From the NCBI GenBank assembly GCA_003164895.1, contig PLUL01000055.1, positions 2,989 through 66,988 of the forward strand: DNA of 64,000 bases. The letters run 5' to 3'. Both the position numbers and the translations under genes were made by a program. Within the stretch, counting starts at the first letter, position 1; the number at the start of each line of letters is the position of its first letter. The notes beneath the pieces are model-generated. The model searched no databases. It was given only the letters and a program-made list of their open reading frames with translations, and had not been told where the DNA came from. This DNA is from Bacteroidota bacterium. Lineage in GTDB: Bacteria; Bacteroidota; Bacteroidia; Palsa-948. This document shows positions 1-9,844 of the stretch, one piece after another.

Positions 1-3000
1 AAAAAAAATAGTGTTTCCGTAAACGGAAAACAGGTTGAAAAAAATAATGGAACTAATCCAGTTCCTTTTGCCACTTGTGGTGATATGGGTGCGGAAAATG
101 GGTGGTCTACTTGGCAATCTAGTGAAGGATATCATCAACTAGGAACTAATGGCGACCTACCGATTTTTTTTGCTCCAGGTGCTCCTGCAACTATGGCTCC
201 TCGTTTTGCCATAACCAGTGGAGCTGGTAACGATGCTTGTTCTGTTGGAGCAGGTCCGCTTGTACCTGTCGTAGCACCAGGTTTTGGAAATTCATCTATC
301 CTGATTGGGCAACCATTAACAAATGGTATTCAGGGAAATTGCGCGAGTAATCCTCCATATCCAGCTCCGGGTGGTGGTGCTCAAGGGAATGGTTGTTCTG
401 AACAACTACAATTTTCTTTTACTGTTTCTGCACAAGACATTAATTTTATTTATGCCTATGCAGTATTTGTAGAGAACCCACCAAGTGGGCATACATTGAA
501 TCAAGCGCCATTCACAGAAATATATATACTTGCTCCTAATAATATCGATACTGTTCCTTGCAGTAAACAAAGATATACTGCAGATCTAGCTGGTGGTATA
601 GGTCCTGGATTCTACGCATCAAATTGCTCTCCAACCTCTAATGGTGTTGTTACTTATAAGCCGTGGACTCTTGTGGGTGTAAATCTAACAAACTATGTAG
701 GACAAACTCTCAAAACTGTAATTACAAATACAGATTGTGCTTTGGGTGGCCACAGTTGTTGGTCCTATTGGGATTTTTCATGTGGTGCGCTTGGCGGAAG
801 CCCTCCAGCATATTGCCTCGGGCAATCTGTAACATTAAATGCACCCAATGACCCTCTTATAAATTATACTTATCAATGGACACATAATGGTAGTCCTTAC
901 ACAGGTCCACCCAGTGCAACATCACCAAGCATTACTCCTACACCAGCGGTTGGCGATACATTTATTGTTTTAGTACATCAGCCATCAGGTTGTGACTTCA
1001 AAATTCCTTATGTACCTAAGCCTAATAATGCCATTGCCAATTTTCATTTTGCTACCAGTTGCTCGGGAGTAACTACATTTACAGATTCTTCCTACGTTCC
1101 AATTGGTGGAGGCACTATTACCGGATATAATTGGACATTTCCTTCGGGAAATCCGGCAACTGCAACTACTCCAACAGCTTCAGTAACTTTTCCACCCGGA
1201 ACTCATACCGTTACATTAAATGTAACTTCTTCAACGGGGTGTAATGGCACAAAGACACTTACATTTACGACAAACAATGCTGTTGCTGCTTTTAATACTG
1301 GACCTGTATGCTTGGGAACGACTACTACATTTATAAATACTTCAACTGCCAGTACCAGTGATCCAATTTCTTCATGGGATTGGAATTTTGGCGATGGAAC
1401 ACCTCATGCTACAATACAAAGCCCTTCTCACGTTTATGCAACATCGGGAACATATACTGTAACGCAAATCATTACAACTCAAGCGGGGTGTAAAGATTCA
1501 GTAAAATTACCGATAACAGTTAATCCATTACCGCAGGCAGCATTTACAAGTAACACGATTTGTGCAGGTACTGTTTCCTCGTTGACAGATAATTCTATTC
1601 TACCTGCAGGAGAAACAATAACTTGGAGTTGGAATCTTTCGGGAGGTACTCCGGCAACATCCACAGCACAGAATCCATCAGTTTCTTTTCCCACAGGAGG
1701 TACTTACACAGTTTCAGAAATTGTTACTACTCAGTTTGGATGTTCCGATACTACTGTTTTACCTGTTATTGTGAACGCCATACCTCAAGCAGCATTTTCA
1801 AGTAACACGGTTTGCGCAGGCAATGTTACTTCGTTGACAGATAATTCTACTTCACCATCTACTGGAGGAGCAATCACGAGTTGGAGTTGGAATTTCCCAA
1901 GCGGAAATCCATCAACATCCACAACACAGAATCCGATTGTTACTTTTCCTGCCGGAATTTATAATGTAACATTGGTGATAACAGCACAAAATAGTTGTAC
2001 AAATACTACTATTCTTCCAGTTGCAATATATGGATTACCCATTGCAAATTTTAGTTCCAATTCACCTTGTATAGGCAATGCGACAAATTTTGTTGACCTA
2101 TCTGTGTCACCTTCGGGAGATAACATTACATCTTGGAGTTGGAATATGGCAGGTGGAACTCCGGCAGCAAGTGCAATTACTAACCCGTTCACAATCTATA
2201 ATACACCTGGAACATATACTGCTACTCTAACAGTAACAACACAAGGAGGGTGCAAGGATACAATTTCCCATCCGGTTACAGTATTTGCACCTCCTGTTGC
2301 AAATTTTTCTGGTTCGGGAGTCGGTTGCGCGCCTATCTGCGTTACAAATTATAAGGATTCATCAACTACCTTAGTCGGAAATAATATTGTGAGTTGGCAA
2401 TGGTCTTTTCCTGGTGGCTCACCTGCAAGTTATATTACAAATAATTCTCCCGGAAATCCATCTTCTATTTGTTACAATTCTCCCGGTGCATTTGGTGCAA
2501 GTTTGATAGTTACAACAGCAAATGGATGTAAGGATTCCATTTCAATTAATCCAGTAGCGAATGTTTATCCATTGCCGAAGTCAAGTTTCTGTATATTATC
2601 AAACCCAGTTCCTGTTACTGATCCAGTTTTTTCTTTTTGTGACCAATGGTCAAATGATGTTGTTCAATGGGTATGGACTTTTGGCGATGGGGATTCCGCT
2701 TCAAACATAGTTAACCCTGTTCATTCTTATTCAGCTACTGCGACAAATAATGATTTTTATACTTATAATGTTTGCCTTAATGTTAAAAATCAGTTTGGCT
2801 GTTGGGATTCTGTTTGTCATGTAGTGGAATTATTGCCTGAATTTACGTTCTACATTTCAAATTCATTTACTCCCAACGGAGATGGCAATAACGACTTTTT
2901 CTTTGGAAAAGGTCGAGGCATCAAAGATTATAATATATGGGTATTTGACAGATGGGGAAATGATATTTGGGATTGCCACTATTCAGGTAAGAATACAGAT

Positions 3001-3192
3001 TGGGATAATACCAATCAGGATGGAATGCCTTCTGCTTGCAAATGGGATGGGGTAGTAGTAAAAGGAGGAATGGATATGAGCGGAGGCAGCGGCAAAGTAG
3101 TTCAGGAAGATGTGTATGTGTGGAAAGTGAAACTGACCGATGTTTTTGATAAAGCGCACACTTATATTGGGCGAGTGAGTGTGGTGAAATAA
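1..3192 (+). CDS. T9SS type B cargo: multi-PKD-domain surface protein with gliding-motility-associated C-terminal domain (5' partial)
   Basis: Frame 1 is open from base 1 (KKNSVSVNG...CGDM), so the gene starts before the window. Repeated PKD motifs (SWDWNFGDG...PSHVY...GTYTVT...GC). C-terminal 'NSFTPNGDGNNDFF...VFDRWG...WDG...DVYVWKV...GRVSVVK'. Confidence 0.9.
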   Translation, partial: KKNSVSVNGKQVEKNNGTNPVPFATCGDMGAENGWSTWQSSEGYHQLGTNGDLPIFFAPGAPATMAPRFAITSGAGNDACSVGAGPLVPVVAPGFGNSSILIGQPLTNGIQGNCASNPPYPAPGGGAQGNGCSEQLQFSFTVSAQDINFIYAYAVFVENPPSGHTLNQAPFTEIYILAPNNIDTVPCSKQRYTADLAGGIGPGFYASNCSPTSNGVVTYKPWTLVGVNLTNYVGQTLKTVITNTDCALGGHSCWSYWDFSCGALGGSPPAYCLGQSVTLNAPNDPLINYTYQWTHNGSPYTGPPSATSPSITPTPAVGDTFIVLVHQPSGCDFKIPYVPKPNNAIANFHFATSCSGVTTFTDSSYVPIGGGTITGYNWTFPSGNPATATTPTASVTFPPGTHTVTLNVTSSTGCNGTKTLTFTTNNAVAAFNTGPVCLGTTTTFINTSTASTSDPISSWDWNFGDGTPHATIQSPSHVYATSGTYTVTQIITTQAGCKDSVKLPITVNPLPQAAFTSNTICAGTVSSLTDNSILPAGETITWSWNLSGGTPATSTAQNPSVSFPTGGTYTVSEIVTTQFGCSDTTVLPVIVNAIPQAAFSSNTVCAGNVTSLTDNSTSPSTGGAITSWSWNFPSGNPSTSTTQNPIVTFPAGIYNVTLVITAQNSCTNTTILPVAIYGLPIANFSSNSPCIGNATNFVDLSVSPSGDNITSWSWNMAGGTPAASAITNPFTIYNTPGTYTATLTVTTQGGCKDTISHPVTVFAPPVANFSGSGVGCAPICVTNYKDSSTTLVGNNIVSWQWSFPGGSPASYITNNSPGNPSSICYNSPGAFGASLIVTTANGCKDSISINPVANVYPLPKSSFCILSNPVPVTDPVFSFCDQWSNDVVQWVWTFGDGDSASNIVNPVHSYSATATNNDFYTYNVCLNVKNQFGCWDSVCHVVELLPEFTFYISNSFTPNGDGNNDFFFGKGRGIKDYNIWVFDRWGNDIWDCHYSGKNTDWDNTNQDGMPSACKWDGVVVKGGMDMSGGSGKVVQEDVYVWKVKLTDVFDKAHTYIGRVSVVK
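1537..2040 (+). repeat. Tandem nucleotide-level duplication of one PKD module (252-bp offset)
   Basis: gcagcatttacaagtaacacgatttgtgcagg...tcgttgacagataattcta at 1537 versus gcagcattttcaagtaacacggtttgcgcagg...tcgttgacagataattcta at 1789. Confidence 0.8.
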
Positions 3193-3205
3193 TAAAAAAA
3201 TAATT

Positions 3206-5662
3206 TCAGGATCGAATAATTGCTCCCGCTTTTTCCTGATATGTTGTTATTAATTTCTGAATTACTTTGTCCACTTCTTTATCTGTTAGTGTTGCATTTT
3301 CATCTTGTAAAATGAAACTAAGCGCGTAGGATTTTTTTCCCGCTTCTATTTTATCGCCTTCGTAAACATCAAACAGATTTACATTTTTCAGGAGATTTTT
3401 TTCAGTTTGAAAAGCAAGTGATTCCAATAATTCATACTTCACATTTCTGTCCACCACCAAAGCGAGGTCACGCCTTACTTCAGGGAATTTTGGAATTTCT
3501 TTATACCGCACTGAACTATTTTTTGACAACTCAATGACAACATCCCAGTTGAAATCGGCACAAAACACTTCCTGCCGGATGTCAAATTTTTTCAGGAAAG
3601 ATTTCTTAACGAAACCAAGCTCGACAATTTTTTTCTTCCTGATTTCATACGATAATCCGGAAGAAAGAATTTCAGAACTGATTTCAGAAACTTTTTCAAC
3701 TTTAATTCCAATCCTTTCCAAAACATTATCGGCAAATGATTTCAAGTGGAAGAAATCCATACTTCCCTGTTGTACGTTCCAACTTTCCGCTTGTTTTTTT
3801 CCGCAGAGAAAAAGTGCAAGATGATTTTTTTCCGAAACAGGTATTACTTCTGGTTTTTCAACTTTAACCTCTTTCTTTCTATATGATTTTCCGAACTCAA
3901 ATAATTTAAGGTCAGAATTTTTCCTATTCTGATTGTACGCAATTGCTTCCAGTCCGCTGAAGATAAGAGATGGGCGAAGAATATTCAATTCCGGACTGAG
4001 AGGATTCAGAAGTTCAACAACATTTTCTTTTTCGGAAGGAAGGAAGTTCAGTAATTCGGAATTGGTAAGCGAATTGGACATGATTTCCGTAAACCCACTT
4101 CCGCAAAGCAAATCGGAAATCACGTTGCGGATTTTTTCCGCGTCGGGTTTTGAAATAAAAGAAAGCGAGGAACGCACCGAAGTAGGAATCTCAATGTTGT
4201 TACATCCGTAAATTCTCAAAACTTCTTCAATTAAATCTTGCTCCAGAGTAACATCCGATTTATTTGTAGGCACAGAAAGTAAAAGCGCATCTTGTCCGGA
4301 TGAAATCACTTCCATACCCAGAAGTTCAAAAATCCGTTTGATGGATGTTCTGTCAATTTGTTTTCCGATAAGTGTGTCACAGTTATGGAATGAGAAAGCA
4401 ATTTTCTTTTCTTCAACAGGTGCTGGATAAATATCCACCACGTCGGATGAAATTGTTCCGCCGGCAACTTCTTTAATAAGCAGCGCTGCTCGTTGAAGTG
4501 CATATACCGTAATATTCGGGTCAGCGCCTCTTTCAAAACGGAATGAAGCATCGGTTTTCAGCAAATGTTGCTTGGAAGTTTTCCGGATGGAAGTCGGAGA
4601 AAAATAAGCGCTTTCGAGAAAAATATTTTTTGTTTCGTTTGTTACTCCTGAATGCAATCCGCCAAAAACTCCAGCGATGCACATCGGCTCTTTTTCAGAG
4701 CAAATCATCAAATCATCCGAAGTGAGTATTCGTTCAACTCCATCCAGGGTAACAAATTTTGTTCCTGCAGGAAGTTTTTTAACGATTATTTTGTTTCCCG
4801 AAATTTTATCTGCATCAAATGCGTGAAGCGGCTGACCAAGTTCATGCAGAACAAAATTTGTTGCATCCACAATATTATTTATCGGCTTCAGTCCAATTGA
4901 CTGCAATCTTTTTTTCAACCAATCGGGAGATTCTTTCACTTGTAAATCAGAAATAGTAATTCCTGAATATCGCGGACATGCATCTTTATCTTCCACGACT
5001 ACTTCAATCTTCAGTTTTTCGTTTTCTATTTTGAATGCATCAACTAAAGGAACTTTTAAATCATATTTATTTTCAGGCAAATTCCAATTCAGAACTGCGA
5101 ATAAATCTTTCGCCACACCGATGTGCGAAGCAGCATCTCCCCGATTTGGAGTAAGACCGATTTCCAGAATGGAATCTTCTTCAATCTTAAAATAATCTTT
5201 TGCAGGCGTTCCGATTTTTGCCGTAGCATCCAGCACCATAATTCCATCGTGAGAATTTCCTAACCCAAGTTCATCTTCGGCACAAATCATTCCTTCGGAA
5301 ACCGCGCCGCGAATTTTTGCTTTCTTCAAAGTAATCAGTTCACCTTTTGTCGGATAAATAGTGGAACCGACTGTAGCCACTACCACTTTTTGTCCCGCTG
5401 CAACATTTTGCGCGCCACAAACAATATTTAGAAGGGTTCCGGTGCCAATATCAACAGTTGTTATGCTTAATCGGTCGGCATCAGGATGTTTTTCTTTTGT
5501 CTTTACTTCTCCAATCACGCATCCTGCCAATCCGCCCTTCACGGTTTCGTGTTTCTCCACACTTTCCACTTCGAGTCCGCAGCCAGTAAGAAGTTCAGCC
5601 GTTTTCTCAGGGGAAATATCCAAATCAATGTACTGTTTCAGCCAGTTGTAAGAGATTTTCAT
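3206..5662 (-). CDS. pheT: Phenylalanine--tRNA ligase beta subunit
   Basis: MKISYNWL start, 'KHPDADRL', 'LTPNRGD', 'DASFRFERG', C-terminal 'FPEVRRDLA'. ATG at 5662 is preferred over the upstream TTG. Confidence 0.97.
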   Translation of the reverse strand: MKISYNWLKQYIDLDISPEKTAELLTGCGLEVESVEKHETVKGGLAGCVIGEVKTKEKHPDADRLSITTVDIGTGTLLNIVCGAQNVAAGQKVVVATVGSTIYPTKGELITLKKAKIRGAVSEGMICAEDELGLGNSHDGIMVLDATAKIGTPAKDYFKIEEDSILEIGLTPNRGDAASHIGVAKDLFAVLNWNLPENKYDLKVPLVDAFKIENEKLKIEVVVEDKDACPRYSGITISDLQVKESPDWLKKRLQSIGLKPINNIVDATNFVLHELGQPLHAFDADKISGNKIIVKKLPAGTKFVTLDGVERILTSDDLMICSEKEPMCIAGVFGGLHSGVTNETKNIFLESAYFSPTSIRKTSKQHLLKTDASFRFERGADPNITVYALQRAALLIKEVAGGTISSDVVDIYPAPVEEKKIAFSFHNCDTLIGKQIDRTSIKRIFELLGMEVISSGQDALLLSVPTNKSDVTLEQDLIEEVLRIYGCNNIEIPTSVRSSLSFISKPDAEKIRNVISDLLCGSGFTEIMSNSLTNSELLNFLPSEKENVVELLNPLSPELNILRPSLIFSGLEAIAYNQNRKNSDLKLFEFGKSYRKKEVKVEKPEVIPVSEKNHLALFLCGKKQAESWNVQQGSMDFFHLKSFADNVLERIGIKVEKVSEISSEILSSGLSYEIRKKKIVELGFVKKSFLKKFDIRQEVFCADFNWDVVIELSKNSSVRYKEIPKFPEVRRDLALVVDRNVKYELLESLAFQTEKNLLKNVNLFDVYEGDKIEAGKKSYALSFILQDENATLTDKEVDKVIQKLITTYQEKAGAIIRS

Positions 5663-5791
5663 ACTCAAAAAATATTTTGCGAATATACGAATTGAAAATA
5701 GTCATGAAAATAAATTTCTCAAAACACTTGACATCGCCTCCTTGATACATTACCTTCGCGCTCTTTTTTAAAAACCTACTAAAACTCAATT

Positions 5792-6844
5792 ATGAAATTA
5801 TCCCAATTCAAATTCAATTTGCCGAAAGATTTACTTGCTGAATATCCCGCAAAACAACGCGAGGATGCGCGATTAATGGTAGTGAATAGGAAAACAAAAA
5901 AAATAGAACACAAACATTTCCGAGATATTATAAATTATTTTGAATCGGGTGATGCAATGGTGGTGAACAACACGCAGGTGTTTCCAGCCCGCATGTATGG
6001 CAACAAAGAAAAAACCGGAGCGCGCATTGAAGTATTTCTCCTCCGCGAATTAAACCGCGAAAGCCGACTTTGGGATGTGCTGGTTGACCCGGCGCGAAAA
6101 ATCCGCATTGGCAACAAACTTTATTTCGGTGAGAATGCAAATTCGCTGGTGGCGGAAGTGATTGACAACACCACTTCTCGCGGAAGAACATTGCGATTTC
6201 TTTTTGACGGACCCTATGAGGAATTCAAAGCCTTACTCACCAATCTGGGACAAACTCCGCTTCCAAAATATATCAAGCGCAAACCTGAACCCAGTGATGC
6301 TGAACGCTATCAAACTGTTTTTGCAAAAGTGGAAGGCGCTGTTGCTGCACCCACAGCCGGTTTACATTTCAGCCGTGAGTTAATGCGCAAACTTCAAATC
6401 AAAGGAATTAATTTTGCGGAACTCACGCTTCACGTTGGTCTCGGAACTTTTCGCCCGATTGAAGTGGAAGATCTTACCAAACATAAAATGGATTCGGAAG
6501 AAATGGAAATTCCTCAAAGTGCGGTGGACATTGTGAATCACGCGAAAGATGCAAAGAAAAAAATCTGCGTGGTGGGTACCACCGCAATGCGTGCGGTAGA
6601 AACTTCCGTTTCAACCACGCAACGTTTGAAACCGTTCAAAGGATGGACAAACAAATTCATTTTCCCTCCTTACAATTTTAATATCGCCGATAGCATGGTT
6701 ACAAATTTCCACACGCCAGAATCTTCTCTGCTTATTATGGTATGCGCGTTTGGCGGATACGATTTGATTATGAAGGCTTACAAAGAAGCTATAAAAGAAA
6801 AATACAAATTCTATTCTTACGGAGATGCAATGTTGATTCTCTGA
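5792..6844 (+). CDS. queA: S-adenosylmethionine:tRNA ribosyltransferase-isomerase
   Basis: 'PLPKYIKR', 'YQTVFA', '[11 protein letters not shown]', 'LHVGLGTF', 'TNFHTP', '[10 protein letters not shown]'. Confidence 0.97.
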   Translation: MKLSQFKFNLPKDLLAEYPAKQREDARLMVVNRKTKKIEHKHFRDIINYFESGDAMVVNNTQVFPARMYGNKEKTGARIEVFLLRELNRESRLWDVLVDPARKIRIGNKLYFGENANSLVAEVIDNTTSRGRTLRFLFDGPYEEFKALLTNLGQTPLPKYIKRKPEPSDAERYQTVFAKVEGAVAAPTAGLHFSRELMRKLQIKGINFAELTLHVGLGTFRPIEVEDLTKHKMDSEEMEIPQSAVDIVNHAKDAKKKICVVGTTAMRAVETSVSTTQRLKPFKGWTNKFIFPPYNFNIADSMVTNFHTPESSLLIMVCAFGGYDLIMKAYKEAIKEKYKFYSYGDAMLIL

Positions 6845-6977
6845 TTCATCATTGACGCTCTAAAAAATAAATTCAATAATCGTTGCTCATAAAAAAATTC
6901 TTTCGTTACTTTGCGTAAGAATTTTTTTCGGCAAAATAAAAAAAATCGCGCAGAACTATTATTGAAGAAAAAGAAAG

Positions 6978-7739
6978 ATGACAGAATCCCCTGTTAAAAA
7001 GTACGCCATCATCGTTGCCGGCGGAAATGGAACACGCGCCAACACCCCCGTTCCAAAACAATTTATGAAACTTGACGGCAAACCGGTCGTCATGCACACC
7101 ATCACAAAATTTGCCGAAGCCGGAATTCATGTTGAAATTATTTTGGTGCTGAATAAAGATTTGATTCCGCAGTGGCAGGAATTATGTAAGGAACATAATT
7201 TTAATACCGAAGTAAAAATTGTTGAAGGCGGAGAAAATCGTTTTGAATCTGTAAAAATGGGATTGGCAGTAATTGAAGACGAAGGAATTGTTGCTGTGCA
7301 CGATGCCGCCCGTCCGCTGGTGAGTGCAAAAACAATTGTTACCGCGTTCAAAGCTGCCGAGATGTACGGCAACGCAGTTCCCGCAATTCCGCTGAGCGAT
7401 TCCATCCGGCAAATTGATTCTACAAAAAGCATTGCGCTCGACCGCACACGCTATTGCATCATTCAAACTCCGCAATGTTTTGTTGCCAGTATTTTGAAAA
7501 AAGCATATTCCACTGCCGAATATAAAATTCATTTTACCGATGATGCTTCGGTAGTAGAATCGGCAGGAGAACGTATTCATCTGGTTGACGGAAATCCCGA
7601 TAACATAAAAATTACTTCTCCCCGCGATTTCATTATTGCTGAAGCGCTGATAAAATACCGTCCTGTTGTTTCTTCCGGAAATAAATTAAAACCTTCTGAG
7701 GAATTGAATCTTTTGGGCGGACAGAGTCAGGTGGCGTAA
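6978..7739 (+). CDS. ispD: 2-C-methyl-D-erythritol 4-phosphate cytidylyltransferase
   Basis: 'IIVAGGNGTR...PKQF', 'VHDAARP', 'QTPQ', 'TDDASVVE', 'NIKIT'. Confidence 0.95.
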   Translation: MTESPVKKYAIIVAGGNGTRANTPVPKQFMKLDGKPVVMHTITKFAEAGIHVEIILVLNKDLIPQWQELCKEHNFNTEVKIVEGGENRFESVKMGLAVIEDEGIVAVHDAARPLVSAKTIVTAFKAAEMYGNAVPAIPLSDSIRQIDSTKSIALDRTRYCIIQTPQCFVASILKKAYSTAEYKIHFTDDASVVESAGERIHLVDGNPDNIKITSPRDFIIAEALIKYRPVVSSGNKLKPSEELNLLGGQSQVA

Positions 7740-7791
7740 AATATTTCCTCGCTATTTTTTCTAACTTCGTATTACGCTTACAAACACAAAA

Positions 7792-8508
7792 ATGAAATTG
7801 CTTTATTGTTTTCTTTTGACTACTTTTTCAGTTTACTCTTTTGGTCAAACAACATCCCCAAAAAAAGATACTCCAGATATTAATCATTTCTTACCAGCAC
7901 ACTCCTCTGTTGAGAAAGAATTTAAATTAGACTTCGAGGGTGATGGGATTGACGAAATTGCTTTCTCATATAGAATTAATGGTCCAAAAACTGAAGAAAG
8001 TATTCTAAATCTTGATTCAACGGATGGTAATTCAGGAATAAAAATTTTAAAATTTTCTAACTTAATCGGTTGGCACGTTATTTACGAAGAGAAAACTTTA
8101 ACTGGTAATGGAGTTGGAGTTTATAGTGCTCCATATATAGAAAAGATTTTGAATACGTCAAATAAAAAAGAAGCAGTTCTTGTTATCACAGATGTATCTG
8201 GAGCAGGCGCAGCTCAATTCTGGCATCTTGTAGCGTCTGTTAATGATACTATTTTAGAATTAGATTCTTCTCCTATCAGAAAAAAAGTGTTTGCTGAAAG
8301 ACAATGCAATGATATGGGATATAATCATGTGGGGTTTGAAAATAATTTGGTTGTAGAAAAACAGCCTTGTTCACCTATAGGTTCATGTAGGATATGTTTT
8401 GAGAAGCCGACTTTTGAAATGCGATTTAGATTTACAGATAACGCAATCGAGATTGTTTCGGTAAAAGAAATTGAGGAAGCATCAGATAAAAAAGCTAGAA
8501 CAAAATAA
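7792..8508 (+). CDS. Hypothetical secreted protein
   Basis: 238-aa ORF with signal peptide (MKLLYCFLLTTFSVYSFG-Q), a 'DFEGDGIDE' loop and a Cys cluster near the C-terminus. Upstream TAACTTCG box. Confidence 0.7.
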   Translation: MKLLYCFLLTTFSVYSFGQTTSPKKDTPDINHFLPAHSSVEKEFKLDFEGDGIDEIAFSYRINGPKTEESILNLDSTDGNSGIKILKFSNLIGWHVIYEEKTLTGNGVGVYSAPYIEKILNTSNKKEAVLVITDVSGAGAAQFWHLVASVNDTILELDSSPIRKKVFAERQCNDMGYNHVGFENNLVVEKQPCSPIGSCRICFEKPTFEMRFRFTDNAIEIVSVKEIEEASDKKARTK

Positions 8509-8525
8509 ACTGAAAAAAATATTTC

Positions 8526-9713
8526 TTACACCAACTTCTTCACCTCCACCTTCTCCGATAATTTCATTTTCTCCCAATCAATTCCTGTAATCAAATTCAA
8601 TCCCGGCTTTTTATCTATTTCAATTGTTCCCAGTTCTTTTTCAAATCCGAGAAACTCTGCACCGTTTTTTGTTGCCCAGGTAATTAAAGTTTCAAAAGGA
8701 ATTTTTGGAAAATATTTTGCAATGGTTTTCAGTTCATCCAAAACAGAAAGTGAATCGTTGGAAGCCAAGCTATCGGTGCCGATGGTGATTTTCATTCCTT
8801 CATTTATAAACATTTCAATATCCGGCAAACGATTTTCTATATAGAGATTTGCATTCGGGCACAAACAAAAATAGATATTGGATGTTAGATGTTGGATGTT
8901 GGATTTCAGCCATAAAATATCTTCGCTCGAAGTGTAGGTGTTGTGAACGAGTAAAATATTTTTCGCCTTGTTCAACTTCGGAAGAATGAATTGCAGGGAA
9001 TTTGTTTTTGCAGGTTGAAAGAACGAAGCATCAATTCCCCATTTTTCAAAACGTTTCAGGATTTTTCCGCTCTTGTTTTGAAACAACAAATTCTCTTCTT
9101 CACTTTCCTGATTATGAAAAGAAAGAATTCCGTTTGAATTTCCTGCTTCGTCATTTATAAGTTGCAGTAATTTCTCCGAAGCAGCATAAGGCGAATGCGG
9201 AACAATAGATGTTGGATGTTGGACTTTGGATTGAAGTTGCTTCCCTGTTTGGAATGCCTTTTCAGCTCTGTCAGGATGAAAACCCAACACTTCAATGAAG
9301 GTGTGATATTTTAATTTCCCTTTTGCTTTCTGATGAAACGAAAAATCGGAATTAGAAATATCCCCAACGGCAACGATTCCGTTTTTTATCATTTCATCTT
9401 CCGCCTTGACAAGCGCATTTAAAATTTCTTCTTCTGAAAATTTCCGTCTTATATTTTCCACTTCTGTTACAAACTCATCCAATCCTTTTCCTTTCGGCAT
9501 TTTATCTTTCAGGTACGATAATTCAAGATGGCAATGCGTATTTACAAAACCCGGGACAATTATGCCTTCAAAAAATTCAGAGGTTGGAGGTTGGAGGTTA
9601 GAAGTTGGATTAATAACATCAATAATTTTTCCATCATCTTCCATAATCACAATTCCATTTTTAATCGGTGGCGATGAAACAGGAAAAATATAATCGGCAG
9701 AAATTTTTCTCAT
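8526..9713 (-). CDS. Metal-dependent amidohydrolase (aminodeoxyfutalosine/nucleoside deaminase-like)
   Basis: 'PGFVNTHCHLELS', 'PHSPY', 'HNQES', 'CLCPNAN', 'GTDSLASN', 'ATKNGA'. Confidence 0.88.
   Translation of the reverse strand: MRKISADYIFPVSSPPIKNGIVIMEDDGKIIDVINPTSNLQPPTSEFFEGIIVPGFVNTHCHLELSYLKDKMPKGKGLDEFVTEVENIRRKFSEEEILNALVKAEDEMIKNGIVAVGDISNSDFSFHQKAKGKLKYHTFIEVLGFHPDRAEKAFQTGKQLQSKVQHPTSIVPHSPYAASEKLLQLINDEAGNSNGILSFHNQESEEENLLFQNKSGKILKRFEKWGIDASFFQPAKTNSLQFILPKLNKAKNILLVHNTYTSSEDILWLKSNIQHLTSNIYFCLCPNANLYIENRLPDIEMFINEGMKITIGTDSLASNDSLSVLDELKTIAKYFPKIPFETLITWATKNGAEFLGFEKELGTIEIDKKPGLNLITGIDWEKMKLSEKVEVKKLV
8873..8906. repeat. Degenerate 7-nt tandem array (RGATGTT)n inside the amidohydrolase CDS
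   Basis: agatatt ggatgtt agatgtt ggatgtt ggattt; encodes KSNIQHLTSNI. Confidence 0.85.
9207..9232. repeat. Degenerate 7-nt tandem array inside the amidohydrolase CDS
   Basis: agatgtt ggatgtt ggacttt ggatt; encodes QSKVQHPTS. Confidence 0.75.
9579..9611. repeat. Degenerate 7-nt tandem array (RGAGGTT)n inside the amidohydrolase CDS
   Basis: agaggtt ggaggtt ggaggtt agaagtt ggatt; encodes NPTSNLQPPTS. Confidence 0.85.
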
Positions 9714-9717
9714 TATG

Positions 9718-9725
9718 CAAATATA
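9718..9725 (-). promoter_or_regulatory. Bacteroidota -7 promoter box (TATATTTG) for the amidohydrolase
   Basis: Exact TAnnTTTG match 4 nt upstream of ATG 9713. Confidence 0.7.
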
Positions 9726-9737
9726 TTAATGTGTTTG

Positions 9738-9819
9738 TTGTCATTCCGAACGAAGTGAGGAATCTCTATAATATGAGCAGAGAATTGTGGGAGATTTCTC
9801 GTTTCACTCGAAATGACAA
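9738..9819. repeat. REP-doublet-like inverted repeat (two 29-bp self-palindromic arms, 24-bp spacer)
   Basis: ttgtcattccgaacgaagtgaggaatctc (9738-9766) and gagatttctcgtttcactcgaaatgacaa (9791-9819); 23/29 identical as an inverted pair. Confidence 0.9.
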
Positions 9820-9844
9820 ATTCATTCGTAAATTCGTAACTGGT

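Noticed and set aside
9668-9844. 59-aa N-terminal extension of RlmN in the ORF track (VIPNEVRNL...EISRFTRND)
   Set aside because: It is the translation of the inverted repeat and overlaps the divergent gene start. A -7 box at 9829-9836 supports ATG 9845.
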